Positions 1 to 9,785 of a stretch of 50,000 nucleotides of DNA are shown here, in pieces (position 1 is the stretch's first letter; every line of letters starts with the position of its first letter). Position numbers and translations under genes: made by a program. The notes under the pieces were generated by a model. That model was given only the letters and a program-made list of their open reading frames with translations. It was not told the origin of the DNA and made no database searches. Source of the DNA: Amphiscolops sp. MND2022 (taxonomy: Eukaryota); the NCBI GenBank assembly GCA_964187785.1, contig CAXLNC010001878.1, positions 1 to 50,000 of the forward strand. Direction: 5' to 3'.

Positions 1-1365
1 TTCAGTTAGCGAACGGTCTTTACGATTCTTTTTCAATCCAATTCTTTTGTATCGTCAGGCTGTTTTCATCATTTCGGATAAAAACTGGCTTGATCTTAAC
101 CCAGCAACCCAAAGCATTTTCAATTATGCTTGTGATTTTGGTAAACATTACTTCCGCACAATTTTGATTGTAAAATTTGAACCAATCATTGTGTTGGACA
201 AATTGAGAATAAAACTTGTCTATTGTAAGTCTTTCTGTCAAATCTCTTTTTGATGAAGACTCGCGTACACGAATTTAACTCTAAATTTGTTACTGCTGAT
301 GTTGCTCTGTGATCAATGTCTTAGCTTTTGATAATTCGAAATGGGTTGTCGGAAACAAACGTTTTAAATGTTTTTGCTTGGAGATGATCGCTAATGATGT
401 AATCAATCAATTTTTTGAGTTACCTTGTACTCTGGTGGGATGTTTGGTGTTCAGTACTTGGAGACCGTATGGTATGTTTCAAAGCAGTATCTCTCATTTC
501 TATTGAAGTACTTCAGATTGTAGTCTCCCATCAACGTTAATGGTTTGTTTTCGAGAACCACAATGCCAATGCCATCTTGAGAATTCTTGCAAAAACTGAT
601 GTTTATGTTTTTTTAAGTGGGTTAGTGCTGATGTTGATCAATTGTTTTTCTTTTCAGACGTTGCGTTAGTCAAAACGCATTCAACCCAAAGGCTCTCAAA
701 TATCTCACCCGACATCCAATTTAGATCGGGTCGTAACCAAGGATTTAAAGACTTTCGTATGATTAACATTACGCCACCGCCGCAATGTTTCTGGTTTTGT
801 CGATCGGAACGGAAAACCTTGAAAGTTTCGTTAAGTTCCTATACCTTCGTTGTATCTCTTTCGCTCAGCCACGTTTCTGTGATACCATATGTGGTAGTCT
901 CCCCTAAATAGTTGAGAACGTCCTAAAGAGTGTTTCGCTTTACACAAGACTTCGACAGTTGATATTGAAATATTTCAAATTTTGTTTCTCACGGTTGAAT
1001 ATTTGCGCAAGGATTGTATAAACGGTCTGCCGTCCTGGATTTAGCTCAACATCACCAGCGTGCAAAAGTTTTAGGAAAAGATAAAGGTCAACTCGTTTCA
1101 AGGAAAGTATTTTAATTATGGATAAAATATAGGAAATAATTGGTTTCAACCCATTAGCAGTTTTGTTTTTGTAAATTTTGGAAGGATTGGGAAGGTAGGT
1201 AAAAGACGAAGGACAAGGAAAGTAAAGACAAGGAGCATTGTGAGCATTGGCGGAGGACTTTAGACAATTGTTTTTAGCATCAATATCCATGTAAGTAGTT
1301 GTTCTTGAGCAAAAAGCAAAAGAAGTAGAAGTAGGAAAACGGGAAAAAACTTTTCTCTGAAACAT
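1..1365 (-). pseudogene. Decayed non-LTR retrotransposon (LINE, CR1/L2/Crack-like) ORF2: leader, 2A-like peptide, APE endonuclease and post-APE linker; runs off the left edge
   Basis: Minus-strand frames give APE motifs in order: NINCRSL, GITETWL, FRSDR..GGGVMLII, FESLWVE, LMGDYN, HPTR..LIDYII, DIDH, then the F..L...DW..F..I linker (ORF 20-241). Several stops and frameshifts. Confidence 0.88.
1030..1090 (-). other. 2A-like (StopGo) peptide LFLKLLHAGDVELNPG|R
   Basis: Matches D(V/I)ExNPG|P except that the final Pro codon is CGG (Arg), one change from CCG. It lies just upstream of the APE domain, where 2A sequences are known in APE-type LINEs. Confidence 0.75.
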
Positions 1366-2178
1366 TGTTCATAGTTTTTAAAAAGCTTAAAACTGAATAA
1401 AACGGAAAATCAAACCTTCACTCAAGATTAACAATGCGAACTATGTCGAATGTGAAATTAGCGAAAAAAACTGGACAAAATTTCAAGTACCTTCTGTGTT
1501 CCACAACTTCCTTGGCTTGATTTTCAGCCATCTTTTTTGCATTTTAGCTACGGATTCAAGCTCAAAAATGTAAAATTTTGATAGGTTCTAAATGTGGGTG
1601 AAAGAAAGCAAGGATTAACTCAAGAGAACTACGCATAAAAATGATGAATTTTAAAACAGTTTTGGTATGTGTTTGAAAACAGTTTTGAATGTAACACAGT
1701 TTTGCTGTGATACAGCCCGAACACTATCTAAGTAAACATTTTAGGAAAAAGCTATGACTTCGCTGGGAAATGCCGCAGGTGAACCATGTCAATGTGTCCA
1801 AGACACAAAAACCAAAAATTTTGTAGGCATTAAGTATTTCATCCGAACCATTTCATTTGTTTTTCTAGATTCTTCACAATTTTCAACGCTCCGGCGATGT
1901 TTGTTTTTCCTAGGACCCGCTTTTTTCTCCAAAAAAAAGTTTAGGAATCAGAAACGCACTTCAAAAAAGTTCACTTTGAAGTTCCAAGCAATCAACCGGC
2001 TTGAAATATGCTCTCTGCTTCTGTTTTGACGAGCCATCACTGGAAAAAGACGGCTGCTAGATGTATACTAGGATATTCTATATTTTCTAGGTTTTTTAGT
2101 TTCCCATACCAATATCAAATGTCCAAATCCTTTTGTAATGTAAATCAATTTGAGTCCCGGGAACAGATAATAGAATTC

Positions 2179-2523
2179 TCAGAAAGGTCCGTCAACTTCG
2201 AATATAGCCTGTTCCATGGGAATAGAGCTGTGAATGATTGTGCCACTCTTTAGTTTGAAAGATACTCCGTAATGGGTCTCAACTAGAACCTCTGCTTGGT
2301 ACATGTAACATGGTTTCGACAAGTTCACTTTAATTTGGTGCTCAATCGTGCTTGCTGTCATTTCCAGGTCATAAATTGCGCTCACGGCGCTTCGCTCTTG
2401 GGCGCTGACTTTGAAGTTTGATGACGTTATCAAGTCGTCGAAAACAGCGGACGCTCGTCTCGAGTACTTTCTGATTTTTTCATCATCGATTTTCAGCCCG
2501 AAGTATCCACTTTTGATGGGTAC
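2179..2523 (-). CDS. Candidate terminal coding exon of an unidentified host gene (VPIKSGYFGLKID...EVDGPF*)
   Basis: TTTCAG acceptor at 2529-2524, an in-frame stop just upstream of it, and 115 open codons to TGA at 2181-2179. GC-richer than its flanks; phase 0. Confidence 0.5.
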   Translation of the reverse strand, partial: VPIKSGYFGLKIDDEKIRKYSRRASAVFDDLITSSNFKVSAQERSAVSAIYDLEMTASTIEHQIKVNLSKPCYMYQAEVLVETHYGVSFKLKSGTIIHSSIPMEQAIFEVDGPF

Positions 2524-2746
2524 CTGAAACGATCATCGGGATTTTTCTCATCAATTTTAAATGGTGATTGAGAAATAATTAATGACAATCGTCTGTTATT
2601 GGATAACGTTTTTTGATGAAACTAGTTCACAATGTTGCGCATGAAAAATGGTTAAACTTTTCAGAAAATTGTTTTTAATAATCCCTATTAAGGCTCAAAA
2701 CGCGCCAAATGTTCCAACTATGTTGAAAATGTTTTTTTTTCTGAAT

Positions 2747-3106
2747 TCAACTGTGTTGACCCTGAGGTGGGTGCAACTCGTTCAACGTAGTTGGCCTTGA
2801 TGTCGAGGCTTGATTTTCAGGTTCGTAGAGATCTACTATGGGATTTTCGGATCTAAGCGGATGACCAGACAATGAGTCTATTTTTGAAGATAAATTCTCA
2901 ATCATCTTCAGAATTTCCCTTTGCCCAGTCTCGGCGTCTTTTATTCTTCTACCAACTGACTTTTCGATTTTCTCAGAGATTTCGGAAAAATCGCGATCGG
3001 AGATACTGGGCACATTTTCAGTCCTTTGGCTGGCTGTCTCATGTTCACCTAACGAACTAGATACTGAATCCCTTCTGGCTTTCCTTTTAGAGGATCTTTC
3101 GGGCAT
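2747..3106 (-). pseudogene. gag: Copy of the first ~118 gag codons carried in the 3' LTR
   Basis: MPERSSKRKARRDS...PPQGQH is nearly identical to the N-terminus of ORF 15356-16912 and stops in flanking DNA. Confidence 0.9.
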
Positions 3107-4841
3107 TTTTGGGTTTTAAGTTCACAGGTTCAAACTATTCGACGAAGAATGAAGAAAAGGCTGAGATTTTTGATCTTCAATTAAGTTTTGTAACAAGAGA
3201 AAACAAAGTTGCTTTACAGGAAGCGATTATTGAATTTTCAAAATCTGTCAAATTATTATTTTTCTAACTGCACTTATTTAACTTTTTCAAGTATATATAC
3301 CTTTCACCCACGTGAAGCGGGGAAAAATCCGCACCACTTTCACGTTTTATTCAGCCCGGCGTCCTTCCAAGGCGGAGAAACCGGAAGTTCAGTTCCGCTT
3401 TGTCGAACTCAGGCTCTCAGTTTGTTCATGCTTTCCGAGGAAAGCACGCGTCCACTTCCTGCCTGAGTTGCGACTCCGCTTTCCTTCACCTCCAATTCCC
3501 GCCTTTTCAGGACGCCGAAGCTGAAATTAAAAATTTCCCAAAACGATTTAACTGATTTAAATATTACTCCAGATAATAGTTATTTCAACGAAACTGCACT
3601 TAGGCCCATAAAACCACCCGTGGGGGCATGAAAACACTGATTAAGTATGAAGGGGCAAAGCTCGGTCTCGGGCTAGGGTCCGAGACGATTAAGGCAAAAT
3701 AACTGATTTCCCAAAAATAGCAACGACTAACAATTTTGTGATTTAAATCAACTTGGGGATGCGGTTCAGGTCATTTCTCAATCTAGTTTAAATGAGGATT
3801 AGTTTTAAAAGGATAGTACAAATCATTAATAGTGATTAAATAACTCAAGTCGAAGTTTTAATTCCCAGGCCGGGGTCTAGGCCGTGGTTTAATGCATCTA
3901 AAATTAAGTATTGCTACATGAATAAATGGTCACAAACTGCATGTAATCAACCACTAATTCTTATTATACTGCGTGTTTGGGACGTGGTTTCACTGATGGG
4001 ACGTTGGGTAATCGGGAGTACCGATATTTTCACTTTCAGGATGGATTTGGGCAAATCTGATTTCAGGCCGTGTCCTGGGCTACAGTTTATTACATTTAAC
4101 AATTAATCTTGGTATACATGGGTGAATAGTACTGCACGACACTCTTGACCATTATTCAGTCATTTTTCATTGTGAGCGTTTAGTTATCGGGTAAAAATCA
4201 TCAACCGTATTAACAATTTCCATTTCTACAATGGATTTTATAAATTTACATTTCAGGCCACTTCCTGGGCCGCGGTACATTACTTCCGGTTAAAATCAAC
4301 ACAATTTGTACATTACTCAGGGAATTACGTGTAAATCATCATATTAGTTGTCTTTGTTTGCACGAACACTTTTACATGTAATCATTTAATAGCGCGTTCA
4401 CTGTTGCATAGTGTTAAATAGCTCATTCCAATTTCAGGCCGCTTGCCAGGCCACCGCTTCATTGCGTAAATCTGAGGCCGGTCGCCAGGCCACGGTTCCG
4501 CCATTAATCTTTCAAACCGTTTGCTGAGCGGTGTGATTCTATTAATAATATAGCACTGTATTATTATTATTAACTGCACTAATAGCTCCGTACTTGTTGG
4601 TACACTGTGTGTGTACGTATATATTCTTGTATAAATATATGTAATTATTAGTATTTATACATATATAAATATAATTTTAGCTCCAAGCTGATTTAAAGTA
4701 ATATTTTATATTAGCGATAAATTAGTTGTGTGTTAGTTATTTCACTTGCCTTTTCTTCTGTTTCGGTCTAATTCCAATTTCCTTCTTCATAGACCGCGCT
4801 TATTGTGTGACAGGTTTCACAGCTTAGCTGGGGCTGTGACA
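2752..4841 (-). repeat. Gypsy-A 3' LTR (2090 bp)
   Basis: Direct repeat of 16558-18740; on the minus strand it starts TGTCACAG and ends GTCAACACA. Confidence 0.97.
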
Positions 4842-5371
4842 GTCCTCGGCTTCGCTGCGCTGTCTCATCTGGAAGGAGGAATTGGGATATCGACCGGATT
4901 GGGGTGTCAAACAAATTGGGTAGATCGTCGCGCATTGAGTCGTAGGATCTCCATGAAGAATCCGAGTCCCAGTCGCTTCCTGACCAGTACCCTTCTGAGC
5001 TGCTGTATGGGCTCATGGGACTGCTGACGGTAGTTAGGGCTGTATCGGTCCGCAGGATTGAACCGCCGGATTGGGCTCACAAATTCGTCATCCGGGATAA
5101 CCGGATTATCTGTAGTGAACCTTCGTATCACTCCATGTTCGTTTTCAACGTTAATTGCATTTACAAGCGGTTGTTCGTGAACAAGGACCACGTGTATATC
5201 TTCCGTCTTGATTATTTCGTAAGTAATAGTATGCTGTGCTGTATTGATGAGATTGTAATTAGGCGGCGGTGTACCTGGCCTTTGTCCCAGCTGCGCTGGT
5301 TGATCTCGGTCGAGAAGAAAAACGTCTTCGTTTGTTTGATCGTTGAAGTGGGAATTATCCATTTTATTCAA
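4768..5371 (-). CDS. Gypsy-A 3' accessory ORF of unknown function (two overlapping ORFs, probably one ~200-aa frame with a 1-nt frameshift) reading into the 3' LTR
   Basis: ORF 4907-5371 (154 aa) and ORF 4768-5016 fuse if one C is removed at TCC-C-ATG. The last ~24 codons (LSQPQLSCETCH...) lie in the LTR. TATATAAGG lies upstream at ~5490-5498. Confidence 0.5.
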
Positions 5372-5590
5372 GTAGCGAACTGAGTGTCAATTGATTTGGA
5401 ATACAACTGATTGATCCGCGTCTTGAAATTTGTTCACACCTTTTGTGTTGAGTTTGTTGAATTATTCAGCTGGCAGACTGAACAACTCTCCTTATATAGT
5501 AGATAACTTCTAGTATTAATATTTCCATTGTTTTACGCCACATCTTCATTGTGTTATAGTTTTTTAGTATTTTTCAGAAAGTTTTGAGAC

Positions 5591-8500
5591 ATGAGCTCCA
5601 CTGAAGAAGATAATGCCTTACTTTGTCACAGTCGGGAGGTTGGTTTGAAAGAAAGTGAGGCTGAGGTGGAATCAGTCGTCGAGTCAGTTATTCGTGGAGA
5701 GGAGAGAGTGCGTGGTTGTGATAACAGGGATGGCAGTGATGAGGCAAGTGTTGCTGGCAGTCGCGATGAAACTGGAGAGGCTGTTGCAGGTACAGTGACC
5801 GACGGCAGGACGAGGATTTGGCGAAAAAGATGTTACCGTGGATGAGATTGTTGAGACTGATGGTGAGAGCTGCCCTGAGAGTGGGTCCTACCACTCTGCT
5901 ACAAGCGACAATCGTCATGACATGGATTACTTGGCGAACAAGAAAGGTAAGCTTTCCTAGAAATTAAATGGGTGGCCGGCCCTTTCTAGTTTTGTATGAA
6001 CGCGTTCTTTTTACATCTACTTTCTACAGGGACTGATGATGAGCTCGACGCGGATTATTGTCCCAGCGCCAGTTCAAAATCGCAGCGCAAGCAGAAGAAA
6101 CAGTCTCGGTCCAGTCGGATTCTTTCGACGAGCAGTGTCCGGTCAGCTAAGCGTGTGCGATTGGCTGATGTCGTTGCGGGGGTCATTCCGAGGCCTCCCA
6201 CCTTGATGGACAGTTGTGGCGAGGAGTATGATCCACCGACTGTTTCCGCTTCGAAGACTCTCGAAAGTAGGTATTCCTTCCTCCTTCTTGTCGTTTGTAC
6301 TGTACTTGTTAGGAGTCGTTTATTTGCGAGTTTTGATGCTCCTTTTGAGATATTTCTATGTCGTTGTTTTAGTCGCTGAACTGGGGCACGGACCAGGGAT
6401 TGAATCGTCTACAGAGGGTGATGTTTTTGTATGCGAGGCTGCTTTGGAGACGCCTGCTCAGGAAAGTGACATTGCCTCTGTGCTTCCTGATGAGTCCTCG
6501 CGACACACCCGAACTCAACATGGTCGGCTAGCGGTAGGGTTGGAGCCCTCTGTCATCCATAACGAGTGGGAGAATGGTATGTTTCTCTATTTGTTTTTCT
6601 TGCTTCTGTTTGATCTATCCTCTATATGATCTTTCAAATGCGTAGTTTGTCTAGCTGTTCGTTTCCTTTTCCTTCTGCCATTGCGTTTTTGGTATATTAT
6701 TATATTTGTTATCAGCTGGTCTGCAGTCTGTCCCCACTGGTTCTCCTGTGGTGATGTCGGCCGCACAGTGTGTCATGTTGGCTCGAAGTGCTGCCCGGGC
6801 TGAGCGGACGGAGACGCAGAAAGAGACTAAAAATTTGGCTAAACGTGAGTATTTTCTCAAGTTTCTTCTTCGTTCTTGTATGTTATTTGTTGTTTCTTCG
6901 GCTGTTGGGCGTTTAGTTGTAGCTGTTTGCCGTATGTTTTGATGGTGTACTTTCCGGTTTGTCTGTTTCGTCGTTAGTTTGTTGGTTGATTGAAGGTGTT
7001 TTATTTTAGAATTCGAAGAGTTGTCCCGTTTGTTGAAGCAGAAACGAATTGACGCCAGTGATCCTGGGCGTGTTGTGGATCCTGTCGAGCTTAGAAAGGA
7101 GCGGCTTCTGGCTCGAGACGAGGAACGTGCGAAGAAACAGACCGAGAGGCATGTTCTGACTAAGGCCATGACTAATCACCCAATACCCAGGCTGTTTGTT
7201 AGTCGTCGGAATGATAAGAGCCCCAATGGATTTAATTGCTCGGTGTGCCGTAAAGATGTGTCTTTCCTGTCCCGAGGGCCCCGAGGCATCTGGAGGCACT
7301 TTAAGTGCAAGGGCCATTTCGCAAAGGATCGGCGTTACCGAATTGACCACGAAGACTTCTTCTATACTGAGAAGTTCGATGCCATCGCTGTCAGTGAAGT
7401 TTCGTTGGAATTGCGAGCTGAGATCGAAAAGACGCCACCAGTTACTCTGGGAAAAATGAACAACTTTGTCGCGGACGAGGTGAATGCATTGGTTGGCGTC
7501 CCGTCCAATGTGCCTCCTACGACTCTTGTGGGTTGTTTATTTGAGCTACTGAGGAGTGGTGGCTCGCAGATGTTCCTCCGTCGTCTGTGGAGCCAGTTCC
7601 GTACGACCCTTCCAGTTGACAGTCCGTATGCCTGTGTTACCTGGAGTAAGACTGAAACCTTGGTGGTGATAGTCCAGACCCTTTACCCACGCGTACTTCG
7701 TCGTGAGAAGTCATGGCTTGGCGACAGCCCTTTTAGCTTGGCAGTGCAATCGTCATTCTCTGAGGTGCGATGTACTGTCCGATGCTGTCCCGATGACTCT
7801 TCGCGGCAAGTGTGTCTTGTGGATGAAGACGTTGGAGCTGTCTCCTGTGAAGCCGCGATTCGTTGCCTGTCCTGCGTGCTGTCTTTGGTGTCTACTCGTC
7901 ATGGTCCTGTTGCCATTCAAAACTGCCCGCCTGTGTTATTTAACGCTTACATGGATTGGTGCCGTTCTATGGGTCGACCTGTACCTGTTGTTGCTACCAT
8001 CTTTGATGTTGATCTTCTGCGTCGTTTGGTTCGCGATGCCAGTTTGGTTTGTGTTGGATCCGTGGATCCCTTTGCTGTCATAGAGTATCTGACGCAACGT
8101 TTGAAAAAGTTTGTTTGCTCCCCAGGCTTGGCTTCTGAACTTGCCGCAATTCCGTCTCTGCTTGGAGTCTGGGGTTGTTCCTCCGGAAAATTTATGCATT
8201 GTATTGCAAGAGCTCCTGGACAATTGGTCTGATGTGAAGATTTGTGTGTCGAACGATATCCTATTGATGAGGAAGGATGTCAATGTCGTGGATCTGGATT
8301 CCCTCTTGTGTTCAGACCGTTTGGGTCTGCCTCGACTGGCTTTATTGCATGTCCTTTTGCTGTGTTTTCGATCAAATTGCAAGAGGTTATTTGAATCGGA
8401 TGTTGCAGATTACGCTTGCAGGAGTTACACTGATTTTTGCTTTTTCTATTGGAGCTTGTTGAGCAAGGTGAAGAAGATAAGTCAGCTACCATCCATCGAC

Positions 8501-9447
8501 AATTGGTCCGACTATATAGACAAACCACTGAACAGTTGGGCGAATGTGACTGCCTCCGAATGTCTTCAGGGAGAACCCAGTATCATGAAAGCGCTGCGTG
8601 GTTGTGACGAGAGTCCTCGACGGGTTTTTCTTCGTGAATGTCAAGGATATTTATTGGAGTTCTTGAAAGTTCTTGGCTCATGCTCTTATGCCAAGTCTCG
8701 TGTTGCGCGGTTACTCAGTTGTCGTAGTATCGACATGTTATTGGGTGGTGACGCTGAGTATGTTGTGGACTTGTTCCAAGACCTTGTCCTCTGCCTCCAG
8801 GAATCGGGATGTCTGGGCGATGTGGAACGGGATGCTGCCACGAACGAGTGTAAATCCTTGGTTATAGATTTACGTCAGCGGAGGGTCGATTGTTCGCAGA
8901 TCTCTGATGTCTTCAAGTATCTGGAGGGACTTGAGAGTTTCCAGTGTCGGGCCTTTGTAAAGCAAGTTGTGCGGCTGGTCCGAGTGATCGTTTGTCCTGC
9001 TCCTAAGTCGCTGCCTCCTGTTGATATTTCAACTAGCGGGACAAGTTTGCCTCCTTCTGTGATCCGGTCAGGTCTCCGAAGTGTGCAATCATTTGTACTA
9101 CATCCTAAATTCATGTCTTCCGATTTGCTGACCGTAGAATGTCTGGAGGAGTTGAAAATGAATCTGCCGAATGGTCCTCAGTTCTTGGGTTGTGGCGCCT
9201 TCAATCCATGGGCTGGTGTGAGTCGGCATCCCATTGAGAGATTTACAACAGTCTGTTTGAGTGTTACAATGCCTATTATTCTGGGCAAGTGAATGACTGG
9301 CGGACTCGGATGTCATCTAGTGCGGTAGTGCCTTCGAGTTCTACTGTTGGTCGCGCCTCTGTGGAAGGTAGTCAGCCTGGGTCGTGTTCGTCATCTCAGA
9401 CGGGAAAAGGAGGTAAACGTGCTGCCCGGCAAGGGAAATCCTGTTGA
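5591..9447 (+). CDS. Antisense five-exon gene inside Gypsy-A: acidic N-terminus, BED-type zinc finger, probable degenerate hAT-transposase-like body (~1,120 aa; three single-base frameshifts in this copy)
   Basis: Exons 5591-5946, 6030-6266, 6373-6576, 6716-6844, 7010-9447. Introns GTAAGC..TACAG, GTAGGT..TTTAG, GTATGT..ATCAG and GTGAGT..TTTAG are all phase 1 and join the ORF-track peptides in frame. C-x2-C-x16-H-x5-H at 7237-7317. Confidence 0.85.
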
Positions 9448-9785
9448 AACTATTTGAAACTAAACTTTGATAGATGACTTTGATTTATTTTCTTTGTTGT
9501 TTCTTTATTGTGTAGCCATTGTTTTGATATAAGGTTCCGTCTGTCGGTTCCGTTGTTAGAGAAAGGAATAAAATTCGATCAATTATGCTCTGGTAGTACG
9601 GAGCAGAAAGAAAAATTGAGGCAACTCGGTGGTCCACTGGGGTATTCAATTTAGTATTTTGCCTCTGTATTGTTTTCATCCGAGTCGTAGAGTAAAAAGT
9701 TTTGAGAGAGAAAGAGCCATTATAAGTTGAGGAGATTTGAATATGAGTCGCAGTATATCTGTCCAGGTTAGCGCCTGGGGTCTTT

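Noticed and set aside
4555-4700. (TAT)n and TA-rich palindromic-looking stretch in the LTR
   Set aside because: Low-complexity AT sequence; self-complementarity is expected by chance.
6651-7169. 172-aa minus-strand ORF
   Set aside because: It is the shadow of the plus-strand gene; its K/T/N-rich content comes from the complement of T-rich introns.
5591-9447. Independent hAT DNA transposon nested in Gypsy-A
   Set aside because: No TIRs or 8-bp TSD seen, catalytic residues appear absent, and a homolog sits at the same position in Gypsy-B. Not fully excluded without more copies.
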